Assembly: GCA_048213135.1 (NCBI GenBank)
Contig: PS015033.1
Span: 46,432-66,431, forward strand
Source of the DNA: Reclinomonas americana ATCC 50394
Taxonomy: Eukaryota
Direction of reading: 5' to 3'
DNA length: 20,000 nt
Under the pieces are notes generated by a model that worked only from the letters and a program-made list of their open reading frames with translations, did not search any database and was not told the origin of the DNA. A program made the position numbers and the translations under genes. Positions 8,756 through 19,966 of the stretch are shown one piece after another (position 1 is the first letter of the stretch; each line of letters starts with the position of its first letter).

Positions 8756-10965
8756 TCAGACTTCGATGGGAGCAAAGGCAAGCTTGCGCGTGCGCTGCTG
8801 CTGCTGCTGTGGCTGGAGGTACTGGTGCACAGCAACGGAGATAGGCGAGATGGTGGCGGACGGAGGCAGTGCCAGAGGCGAGGGCATGTCGACCGAAGTC
8901 ACCGGCTGCGGTCGCGGCTTGCGACCGGCCTGCAGGGCGACCACGGCGAGCGGGATGGCCTCGACAATCACCTCCTCGTCATCGTCGTCTTCGTCCTCCT
9001 CTGCATCATCATCGTCATCGTCATCGTTGCCGTCGAGGTCGGCGGCGATAAAGAGCTGCTTGGTGAAGTCGCGGAGGAGCGAGCGCGGGGCAAGTCGAGG
9101 CTGCGGTGTCACGGCCGGCGAGGGACCGGGGCCGCTGCGTGGCGGTGTCGATGTGTTGCTGTCGAGGCTGCTGGTCAGCGACGAGTAGCCGTGCGGTTGC
9201 GTGGACACGTCGGCGTGCTGCTCCTTGTTGGTGGGGGTGGCGATGGTGTTGTTGTTGTTGTTGTTGCCGTCGAGAAGCGCACGCAGAGCGGCGCCGGCGT
9301 TGGCCATGGCCTGAGCGGAGGGCGATGGCGGCTCGGTGCACGATCCGCGCGTGGCCTTGCCCGACGAGTGCTTGGAGGTCGCGGAGTCGTCGGTGTCGGG
9401 CTGCTGCTGTCGCCACTGGTCGAGCTCATACTGTGTGCCATACGTGAGGAAGCTCGTCGTTGGTGTGCGCGAATGACAAGCAGCTGAAAGACACTCACCA
9501 TAAACTCGAGTGCCTCCGAGTTGGTGTCAAACACCACAGGCGAGGCGCCGGCTCGCGAACTCTGCGTCGGCGTCAGGTAGCGCGCCGTGACCGCCGCCGG
9601 TCTCTTCGAGCGCCCGCTATTCGCCTGCGACGAGCACGCCATGGCCCAGTCGGACTCGGTCGCCGCCGTCGACCCGCTCTCCACCGTCTCCAGATCCGTA
9701 AACGACTCGAGCGCATACATGACCAGCCGTTGCGACTGGCGCGACGCATCCACACCGTGCGCCACCAGCATACGCCCATCCAGCACCACCGGCGACGATC
9801 GCCGCGGCGCACGCAGCACTCCAGCCACCATGCGCGGCAGAGGCACACTCGCGCGTCGCGGATCCTCCACCGACTCGCCACCGCACTGGCTTCTCGTCGA
9901 GGATATCTGCACACGGGGCGCACGATACATGAGAGACGTGATCGGACAAGCCCAGCACCAATCAACAATACACTTTAGCAGAACACACTCTTTCGCACAC
10001 ACACACACGCACACACACACAAGTGTGGGAAAGTGTGTGTTAGTGTGCGGAAGTGTGCGGCAGTGTGCGGAAGTGTGCGGAAGTGTGGGAAAGTGTGGGA
10101 AGTGTGGAAAAGTGTGGGAAGAGTGGAAATGTGTGGGAAGTGTGGGAAAGTGTGGGAAAGTGTATAGGAGTGCGTGGAAGTGCGTGGAAGTGCGTGGAAG
10201 TGCGCGTAAGTGCGCGGAAGTGTGTGGATGTGTGTGTGTGTGCACTATGTACATACTTTCCACGCACACACGCACACAATTACACACACTTTCCCACACT
10301 TCCATACACTTCCACACACTTTCCCACACTTCTACACACTTCCACGCACTTCTATACACTTCTAAANNNNNNNNNNNNNNNNNNNNCACACCCTTCCCCT
10401 TCAACACACCTTATCCTGATCATCCTCATCGTCCTCCTCCATCATGGCACACGACGAGCAGCGCGGCAAGGCGTCCTCCAGGGCCGCCGCACTCGCACGT
10501 CGCTGAGTCATCGCCGCCACCGCCGCCGCCGGCAAGTGCTGAAGGCGGCGACTGGCGCGCCGGCCAGTGCGCACAGGCAGAAGCAGCCATTGTGGCACCG
10601 GCATCTCTTGTTCCTCCTCGCGATCGACGGACTCGGATTGTGGCTGCAGCACCTCTGTGGGGAGAGTGTGGTGGTGGCGGTGACCGCCACTGGCTCGCCG
10701 CGTGTGCTGCTTGGCGGTTGCGGCGCTGCTGTGTGTATTGGGGACAGATGTGAGTGTCCGTTCCTGTTCTCTCTCTTCTCTCGCTCTCTCACACACACCT
10801 GTTTGTTGGCACTGCGGAGGCGTCTGTGTGTGTGGAAGGCGAGGCAGCGCTGTCGTTGTTGCTGCTGGAGAGCTTTTGTGGACTGTCATTGTTGTTGTTG
10901 GTGTTGTTGTTGATGTTGTGGAGGGGAGAGAGACGCGCAGTGGTGCGCGAGGATGAGCAGCCCAT
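8756..10965 (-). CDS. Hypothetical protein (~522 aa) with N-terminal myristoylation/palmitoylation motif MGCSSS and possible PH-like central domain
   Basis: Exons 10965-10799, 10728-10410, 9906-9499, 9430-8756 join in frame via GTGTGT/GTGAGT..CAG introns and end ..KLAFAPIEV*. Product not recognised. Confidence 0.7.
9996..10366. repeat. Intronic 10-mer minisatellite (AAGTGTGGGA-like) followed by its inverted complement (CACACTTTCC-like)
   Basis: 10021 AAGTGTGGGAAAGTGTGTG is the exact reverse complement of CACACACTTTCCCACACTT at 10283. Confidence 0.85.
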
Positions 10966-11588
10966 GGTTGTGTGTGTGTCTCTCTCTCTCTCTTTCTGCT
11001 TGTGTGTGCGTGTGTGTGTGAGTTGAGGAGTTGCGTGTGTCTGCTTCTTCGCGTTCGCGCAGGCGATAAAGTGTGAATGAGGGTGGTTTTTGGACGCCAT
11101 ACAACCACGCAACAAAGGCGAAAATTGCCAAACACAACCGACTGCTCGTTTTGCACATACGGGGACTGTCTGTCTTGTAGGCAGCAAGGTGGAGGAGGAG
11201 GGGGAAGAGAGTGGTGATGCGACGTTGCATCAGTCAGAGTGCTGCTCGTTTTCAGCCAAAGGTGGCCTCGTGAATTGGGATGTGGAGAGTTTTTCCGACA
11301 CCCAGACCCGTGCATGGTGAGTGCGTGCGAGTCATGATGGGGTGGCATATCTCCAGGAGCAGATTGGCGGTGTCGAGGTTGTGGGATTCGCGTCAGTTGG
11401 GTCACGTCCCTCAAAATCCCGACGCGTGTTCGGATTTCTGGCAAGCAATTCGCCTTCAAATGACATGAGCAACCGACCATGCAAGCGGTCGCCATCCGCG
11501 CGCACTTGGTGGGTTGAATGGAGGGAGAGAATCTTCCGCAAAAACGAAACATGGGGGACGAGCAGATCCGGATGGGAGGGAAGGAACG

Positions 11589-11892
11589 NNNNNNNNNNNN
11601 NNNNNNNNNNNNNNNNNNNNNNNNNNNNNNNNNNNNNNNNNNNNNNNNNNNNNNNNNNNNNNNNNNNNNNNNNNNNNNNNNNNNNNNNNNNNNNNNNNNN
11701 NNNNNNNNNNNNNNNNNNNNNNNNNNNNNNNNNNNNNNNNNNNNNNNNNNNNNNNNNNNNNNNNNNNNNNNNNNNNNNNNNNNNNNNNNNNNNNNNNNNN
11801 NNNNNNNNNNNNNNNNNNNNNNNNNNNNNNNNNNNNNNNNNNNNNNNNNNNNNNNNNNNNNNNNNNNNNNNNNNNNNNNNNNNNNNNNNNNN
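11589..11892. other. Assembly gap (304 N); 20-N gaps also at 5137, 6542, 8556, 10367, 15333
   Basis: N runs in the sequence. Confidence 1.
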
Positions 11893-12443
11893 CGCTGCGG
11901 AGAAGCAAGCGCGCGCGCGACGATTCATTGCAATTGAATTCGCTGCGAACTCGATCGCGAGACAGTCAGGGGCCGAAGCCCAGTGGCATAGCTGGTGCCC
12001 GAGGTGGAACCCCGGCTGCGTGGTGTGTCGCCGGTCGAGTGATCGATGAGCACAACCAACAACACATGTACACCATCGATATCGCGATCGAGATCGCGAA
12101 GTTGAAAACCCCTCCCGACGTCATCGCAGCAGTTGTTGCCCGATGCGGGAACGGTTCTCCACTTCATCCTGTTTCTGTGCGTCGACACCAGCGCGATCGG
12201 GCGTGTGGTTTTTGCCGTGCGAACGACGGAAGCATGGGTGACAGGACAACCAGCACCACAACAACACACACGCTACGCACACATACACCGCGCAACGCAG
12301 CCGCAAGAGCCTCTCTTGCTCTGCGTGTGTGTCATTCCTTTACGCGATATAGCCCCACGTACATTATCGCCAACACCCTCGCGCGCTTTTGCCAAAGCGC
12401 ACACAATGATGACCATGAATGTGCTCTCGTGATCGCCCACTAG

Positions 12444-12607
12444 CGATCCAGCAAGAGCTGTTCTTCTCCGCTTCGGGGAGTTGTCGACATCATCGCGTCA
12501 TGCTCACGTGGAGTCTGGCCAGCGACTTGTTCTCGATGTCAAGTCGCCCAGCGATCAGTGGGTAGCGCTGTCGTTGCCGGGTACGTACACGCTGTGTGTG
12601 CGTGTGC

Positions 12608-12666
<59 letters not shown>

Positions 12667-12818
12667 ATTGGAGGCATGCTTACGGCGAGTTTGGCCTTGC
12701 AGGGCGATGGGCGCAGGTGGAAGAGTCAGCTTTGCGGAGAGGAGGAGCTGCACAGAGCTCTCCAGCGGAACCGCCACCACATGCCTACGGGTCGCACCGA
12801 TATGCAGCGCCACCGTGA
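12444..12818 (+). CDS. 3' part of a spliced gene with a possible SH3b-like segment; 5' exons not resolved
   Basis: Exons 12444-12580 and 12703-12818 (intron GTACGT..TTGCAG) give DPARAVLLRFGELSTSSRHAHVESGQRLVLDVKSPSDQWVALSLPGRWAQVEESALRRGG..YGSHRYAAPP*. The inverted copy at 19967-20000 keeps frame and stop. Confidence 0.45.
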
Positions 12819-12835
12819 GCATCAACTGCGCATGC

Positions 12836-13790
12836 GAGAGAAGTTGCCTATCTTGCTTTTGGTTGGGCATGGTTCTCGCTGCGATGCTCGATATGTGAAC
12901 GTGCGTCTCCTTCTGTAAGTGTGATTCTGGTGAAGGAGTGCCCCTTGAGTGCCTGGTGTTGCTCTCTCCCTATCTTCTCTCCCCTCGCGCTGCGCATGTG
13001 AGAGAAGCTGCTTGTCTTCGTTGTTTTGTTGGGCATGGTTCTCGCTGTGCTTCTCTTTCTTCTTCTGCAAGAGTGAAACTTTTGCATGCACTTGTAGATG
13101 TTGCCTCTCTCTCTCCTCCAACCCTCTGCTTACGCCGTAGACAAGTGAGAGAGAAACCTGCTCGTCGAATTCTTGCTGTGTGTTGCGATCGCCGACAGTG
13201 CTTCTCGTTCTTCTCCTTCTGCAAGCGTGATGCTGGTGAAGGAGCGCCCTTGAGTGCCTGTTGTTGCTCTCTCTCTCTCTCTCTCTTCTCCCCCTTGCGC
13301 TGCTTATGCGAGAGAAGCTGCTTATGTTGTTTTTGGTTGAGCGTGTTTCTCGCTGTTCTTCTCTTTCTTCTTCTAACTGTTGCGTGCACTTGCCCTTGAG
13401 TGTTAGATGTTGCTTCTTCCTCTTCTCTCTCTCCTCCAACCCTCTGCTTACGCCGTACGCGTGGACAAGTGAGAGAGAAAACTGCTCGTCGAATACTTGC
13501 TGTGTGCTGCGATCTGCTGCCACTGCCGGCAGTGCTTCTCGTTCTTCTTCTTCTTCTGCAAGTGCGATGCTGGTGAAGGATCGTCCTTGAGTGCCTCGCT
13601 CCCTCTCTCTCTCTCTCTTCCTCTCCCCTCGCGCTGCTTATAATTATGTGAGAGAAGCTGCTTCTTGTTTTTGGTTAGGCATTGTTCTCGCTGCGATGCT
13701 CGATTGTTCCACGTGCTTCTTCTTGTTCACCTGCAAGAGTGAAACTGTTGCATGCACTTGCCCTTGAGTGCTAGATGCTGCTCTCCCTCA
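12836..13790 (+). repeat. Degenerate tandem repeat (~165-340 bp units); mirrored at ~19000-19960
   Basis: GAGAGAAG(C/T)TGC..TCTCGCTG recurs at ~12836, 13000, 13310 and 13650; CTTGAGTG and GACAAGTGAGAGAGAAA also recur. Confidence 0.8.
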
Positions 13791-14023
13791 CCTCCGCTCA
13801 TACCCTCATCTGCGTGTGAAACTGGTGCATGAGCGCTGCCTGGTGTGCGGGTGGATGAAGCATTGTGTTTCTTTCTCTCTTTCTCTCTCACACCTCTCTT
13901 CTCTCCGCTCATATTCTTCTCTTTGTGTGCGGCATGTTCTTGAGCCTTGGTGTGAATGAAGCTCTCACCTCTCGTGTGTCTCTGCTCGATTATACATGCG
14001 GTGTGTGAGAGAGAGAGAGCGAG

Positions 14024-14067
<44 letters not shown>

Positions 14068-15247
14068 CGTTGTCAAGATATCGGAGAAATCCTGTTTCAA
14101 GTGTCTCCTGCATGTGACACAGCGATGGTGGCACTGCTGTGCTTTCTGAGCAGTGGCTACGTCTGTGATTGGTGACCACGCTTTCGCCTCGAAGCACGTC
14201 GTGAAGACAAGTGCAACAGGAGAAACCAAACGCATGCCTTTTGGCTGTGTGCGTGGCAGCTTTCCATCCTTTCACACTGCATGCGACACTTAAACACGAG
14301 AGAGACACACACACGCCTCAGCGATCCTCCACACAGCAGTGAGGGATGACGTAATCGGGGGAAACAGGAAACCCAAAGTGATGCGCAGATTCGTTTCAGC
14401 AGTGCTCCATCACTGCGCGCACATGTGTGAAGGGCTTCTTCTGCCATCGCAGCTTGAGCATGTGACAGCAGGGTGGGGAAAGGAAGAAAAAGCAACAGAG
14501 GAGCAATGCACCAATGAATCTTGCATCCACATGCTGTGTACACGAAGCATGCGCTGCCACTCCCCACCAGACACATAGACACAAGGAGGTTGCTGGAGGG
14601 GCGTTCCTCGCTGTGCACACACGCACCACTGACAGAAATCGAACATGTTGTGGAGAAAAAGGGAATAGTCGACGACGTCATCAAGTTGTCTTCTTCCGTC
14701 TCCCTCTCTCTTCTCTGCAACACCACTGGCGACGGCGCAGTTTGGTATGACGCGCAACGTAGTTTGTAGGATACCTCAAGCTAGCGCTTCCGATTGGTGC
14801 AAGAGTGAAACGCAAGAGAGTGAGTGATCATGATATCACTGTGCGGTATCCCACAGTGCGTGCATGAAACATAGAGCTCGTGGTGGTGAGCCTGTCTTCA
14901 AAAGAAATCCTGTTGCTTGTCTTTTTTCCTGCTGACATGCAAGATTCACACGACGATTGGTGATTGGCTGCCTCGGACATGTTGGTGACAGCGCAGAGTG
15001 GCACTGTACTGTGTACAGTGTTGTGCCTCATGCACTCACGCGGTGAATGAAGCACAGAGAGGTGTGCATGGCATGAACAGCGTCTTGTGCAAGCAGCTAC
15101 GAATTCCCTTTTTTTATGCGAAATGCATCTCTGAAATGCCCTTCCGCCCGCGATGGCAAGTCTGGCCATTTTAGGCGAGTTGCCTTTGGCCCCACCATTT
15201 TCGGCCTTCCAAGTGCAAACTCACCCAAAAATGGCCATGCGCAGGGG

Positions 15248-15254
15248 TATAAAG
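15248..15254 (+). promoter_or_regulatory. Putative TATA box of Cys-rich gene copy A
   Basis: TATAAAG about 70 nt upstream of the ATG in GC-rich context; copy B has CATAAAG at 17442-17436. Confidence 0.5.
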
Positions 15255-15318
15255 CGTCCAATTTCCGACCTGTCACTTTCTTACTCGTTCCGAGAGCACA
15301 AACCACCTCCCCCCCATC

Positions 15319-15352
15319 ATGAAGATCGCTGTNNNNNNNNNNNNNNNNNNNN

Positions 15353-15403
<51 letters not shown>

Positions 15404-15893
15404 GCAATGTCACTGACTCTCCCTCTCCATGGCCAGGTGCGCTCCGTGCGCCAACGGCAACACCGGTGGCTGCAACCCGAATGGTGCTTGCAAGGCCAAC
15501 GGCTGGTGCGACTGCCACTACCAGTGCAAGAACTACGCGTCGGTGGCTGCTGGCGCTGCGTGCCCGCCTGGCGCCGACAACCTCGGCAACGGCAACTGCT
15601 GCAAGAAGGCATGGGGTGCTCGCTGCCAGTACACTCTGCCCGACACCTGGACTGGCACGCCGCCGCCGCCACCGCCGCCACCGGCTGTGTGCACCAACAA
15701 CCCGGGTGCCTGCAACCCGAACGGCAAGTGCAAGGCCGACAACACTTGCGAGTGCTACGCCGTGTGCCAGAACATCCCGGCCGTGGCCGCCGGCACGGAG
15801 AGCTGCCCTGGCACCAGCCAGAACTTGGGCAACGGCAACTGCTGTGGCCAGCAGACTGGCGCCAACTGCCAGATCTCGCCCTTCGACTCGTGA
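15319..15893 (+). CDS. Secreted Cys-rich protein with two 10-Cys EGF-like repeats and a poly-Pro linker (copy A; exon 1 cut by an N gap)
   Basis: ATG 15319 MKIA.., gap 15333-15352, acceptor CCAG then exon 15437-15893 CAPCANGNTGGCNPNGACKANGWCDC..PPPPPPPP..GANCQISPFDS*. Near-identical to the intact copy B. Confidence 0.85.
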
Positions 15894-16754
15894 GCACGAG
15901 TTGGGAGAAGGGTGATACCACAACAAGTGAGGACGAAGTGAAAGCTTTTCCAACCCGTGTGGTGATTGTGATGGGTCTCGTGTATGTTTTAGGCACGACA
16001 AAGTGCAGGCGCATTCATGAACACAAGAGGTGTCAACAAAACAGCACAGCGACAACAGGCTGGAAATGGAAACTTTCACTGATCACCAGTATTGTTGTGA
16101 TATCGAACATATCTGCGCGTGCACTGCGACATGACAAATCAACAACGGTAGTACTGATTCACGCTCCATCGCAGCTGCATGATGAACACCGGCACCGGCT
16201 GCCATGAGTGGAAACAGCGCTACGCCAGCGCTGGAGGTCGGCAGGACGGATGCAGATTGAGAAAAACACTTCAACAACAACAACAATTCATTCACCAACA
16301 AACAAGCAACAGCTGTCTTGATGACCAAGTTCAACCGTATCCAAAACATCAACACAGACACCAGTCTTGAGGCAGCACCACATTCCAATAATGCGACAAA
16401 TGTCCGATACGGAATGCAAGATGAAGACGGAAAGGAGTGGCGTGTGGCGAGGGAGTGGGTTGGAGAGGCAGCAGCAGAGAAGTGCAATGAAGATGGTCAT
16501 GTCGCAGTGCACTGTGGCTCTTCAGCAGTGCATGCGCAGATATCGGAGTTCAACAATACTGGTGATCAGTGAAAGTTTCCATTTCCAGCCTGTTGTCGCT
16601 GTGCTGTTTTGTTGACACCTCTTGTGTTCATGAATGCGCCTGCACTTTGTCGTGCCTAAAACATACACGAGACCCATCACAATCACCACACGGGTTGGAA
16701 AAGCATTCACTTCGTCCTCACTTGTTGTGGTATCACCCTTCTCTCAACTCGCGC

Positions 16755-17369
16755 TCACGAGTCGAAGGGCGAGATCTGGCAGTTGGCGCCAGTCTGCTGG
16801 CCACAGCAGTTGCCGTTGCCCAAGTTCTGGCTGGTGCCAGGGCAGCTCTCCGTGCCGGCAGCGACGGCCGGGATGTTCTGGCACACGGCGTAGCACTCGC
16901 AAGTGTTGTCGGCCTTGCACTTGCCGTTCGGGTTGCAGGCACCCGGGTTGTTGGTGCACACAGCCGGTGGCGGCGGTGGCGGCGGCGGCGTGCCAGTCCA
17001 GGTAGCCGGCAGAGTGTACTGGCAGCGGGCACCCCATGCCTTCTTGCAGCAGTTGCCGTTGCCGAGGTTGTCGGCGCCAGGCGGGCATGCAGCGCCAGCA
17101 GCCACCGACGGGTAGTTGCGGCACTGGTACTGGCAGTCGCACCAGCCGTTGGCCTTGCAAGTGCCATTCGGGTTGCAGCCACCGGTGTTGCCGTTGGCGC
17201 ACGGAGCGCACCTTCATGATCAGGAAGGAGAGAGAGAGAGAGAGAGAGTGTGTGTGTTAGCTATAGTGACGTTGCAGGAGAGAGAGGAGAAAGGAGAGAC
17301 AACACACCATTCGGCGGCAGCGACGGCCACGAGGAGGGCCAGGACGGCGACAAAGACAGCGATCTTCAT
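16755..17369 (-). CDS. Secreted Cys-rich protein with two 10-Cys EGF-like repeats (copy B, 172 aa)
   Basis: Exon 1 17369-17308 encodes signal peptide MKIAVFVAVLALLVAVAAAE-W; intron GTGTGT..GAAG; exon 2 17211-16755 is 457 nt, the same length as in copy A. Confidence 0.88.
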
Positions 17370-18647
17370 GATGGGGGGGAGGTGGTTTGTGCGCTCGGAA
17401 CGAGTAAGAAAAGTGACAAGTCGGATTCTTGGACGCTTTATGCCCCTGCGCCTGGCCATTTTTGGGTGTGTTTGCACTTGGAAGGCCGAAAATGGTGGGG
17501 CCAAGGGCAACTCGCCTAAAATGGCCAGACTTGCCATCGCGGGCGGAAGGGCATTTCGGAGATGCATTTCGCATAAAAAAAGGGAAGCTGCATACACAAG
17601 ACGCTGTTCATACCATGCACGCCCCTCTGTGCTTCATTCACCACGTGAGTGCATGAGGTACAGCACCGTACACAGTACTGTGCCACTAGGCGCTGTCATC
17701 AACATGTCCGAGGCAGCCAATCACCAATCGTCGTGTGAATCTTGCATGCATGTCAGCAGGAAATAAGACAAGCAACAGCGAGGATCTCTTTGAAGAGAGG
17801 CTCGCCCACCACGAGCTCTGTGTTTGATGCACGCACTGTGGGATACCGCACAGTGATATCATGATCACTCACTCTAGATCTCTTGCGGTTCACTCTTGCA
17901 CCAATCAGCAGCTTGAGGTATCCTACAAACTGCGTTGCACGCCATGCCAAACTGCGCAGTCGCCAGTGGTGTTGCAGAGAAGAGAGAGAGAGAGAGAGAC
18001 GGAAGAAGACAACTTGATGACGTCGTCGACTTATCCCTTTTTCGCCACAACATGTTCGATTTCTCCGCTGGAGTCAGTGGTGCGTGTGCACAGAGAGGAA
18101 CGCCCCTCCAGCGACCTCCTTGTGTCTGTGTATTTGCTGGGGGGTGGCAGCGCATGCTGCGTTCGTGTCCACAGCATGTGGATGCAAGATTCATTGGTGC
18201 ATTGCTCCTCTGGTTGCTTTCTCTTTCTCTTCCTTTCCCCACCCTGCTGTCACACGCTCAAGCTGCGATGGCAGAAGAGGCCCTTCGTGCGTGTGTGTGC
18301 AGTGATGGAGCAGTGAGGGAGTGAAACGAATCTGCGCATCACTTTGGGTTTTCCTGTATTCCCCCGATTACGTCATCCCTCACTTCTGTGTGGAGGATCG
18401 CCGAGGCGTGTGTGTGTCGCTCTCGTGTTTAAGTGTCGCACGCAGTGTGAAAGGATGGAAAGCTGCAGAGCGCAGCCAAAAGGCATGCGTCTGGTTTCTC
18501 CTGTTTCACACTTGTCTTCACGACGTACTGTGAGGCGAAAGCATGGTCACAGTGACGTAGCCACTGCTCAGAAAGCACAGCAGTGCTACCATCGCTGTTT
18601 CGCGTGCAGGAGACACTTGAAACAGGATTTCTCCGATGTCTTGACAA

Positions 18648-18714
<67 letters not shown>

Positions 18715-19966
18715 GCACGCACGCACACACACATACACACACATACCTCGCATGGGTTAACTGTTGAGCAGAGACACGAGGAGAGGGAGAAACAGCTTCA
18801 TTCACCAGCGCACCAAGGCTCAGAAACATGCTGCACACAAAGAGAAGAATATGAGCGGAGACGAGAGCGGTGGAGAGAGACACAATAGCTTCATCCACCC
18901 GCACACGAGGGAGCGCTCATGCACCAGGTTCACACGTGCACGCAGATGAGGGCGAAGGAGAAGTATATGAGCAGAGTGACAAGAGGGGGAAAGGAGAGGC
19001 AACAGAAGCAACAGTTTCATCCACCTGCTACTCAATTGCAAGGGCAAGTGCATGCACCAGTTTCACATGCAGAAGAAGGAGACACACACGGACTTGTCGG
19101 GCACCACAGCGAGAACCAAGACCAACAAAACAAGACAAGCAGCTCCTCTCACATAAGCAGCGCGAGGGGGGAGAAGAGAGAGAGAGAGAAACAAAGGGAT
19201 TCAAGAGCGCTCTTTCACCAGCATCTCACTTACAGAAGGAGAAGAACGAGAAGCACGTCGGTGATCGCAATAGATCGCAGCACACAGCAAGAATTCGACG
19301 AGCAGCTTTCTCTCTCACTTGTCCACGGAGTAAGCAGAGGGTTGGAGGAGAGGGAGAGACAAGAAGTAGAAGCACGAGCACTCAAGGGCAAGTGCACGCA
19401 ACAGTTTCACCCTGGCAGAAGAAGAAGGAGAAGCGCAGCGAGAACCATGCTCGACAAAGCAAGACAAGCAGCTTCTCTCGCATAAGCAGCGCAAGCGGAG
19501 AGTGTGCAACAACAGGCACTCAAGGGCGTTCTTTCACCAGAATGACACTTGCAGAAGAAGAAGAACGAGAAGCACTGTCGGCGATCGCAGCAGATGACAG
19601 CACACAGCAAGTTCGATGAGCAGCTTTCTCTCTCACTTGTCCACGACGTAAGCAGAGAGTTGGAGGAGAGAGAGAGAAGAAGAAGAAGCAACATCTAACA
19701 CTAAAGGGCAAGTGCATGCAACAGTTTCACCCTTGCAGCAGAAGAAAGAGAAGAACAGCGAGAAACATGCTCAACAGAAACGACAAGCAGCTCGTCTCAC
19801 ACGCGCAGCGCAAGCGGAGAGAAGATAGGGAGAGAGCAACAACAGGCACTCAACAGCGCTCCTTCGCCAGAATCACACTGACAGAAGGTGACGCACGTGG
19901 ACCTATCGAGCATCGCGCCCAACCAATAACAAGATAAGCAACTCCTTTCCCAAGCGCAGTCAATGC

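Larger units (their letters stand above)
12788..16135 (+). repeat. Left arm of large inverted segmental duplication
   Basis: Reverse-complement match to 16496-20000 throughout, e.g. 12788 CGGGTCGCACCGATATGCAGCGCCACCG vs the window end, and 16051-16097 vs 16551-16597. Confidence 0.95.

Noticed and set aside
11000-12443. Possible exons or RNA genes around the 304-N gap
   Set aside because: No consistent exon chain, tRNA cloverleaf or snRNA motif could be supported.
14157-14769. ORF-like stretch (EIEHVVEKKGIVDDVIKL) in the arm
   Set aside because: The inverted copy has a frameshift (ATAG vs ATAAG) and other indels, with no recognisable family; at most a decayed relic.
16136-16572. Short ORFs in the palindrome spacer
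   Set aside because: No recognisable motif or splice structure, and they run into the repeat arm.
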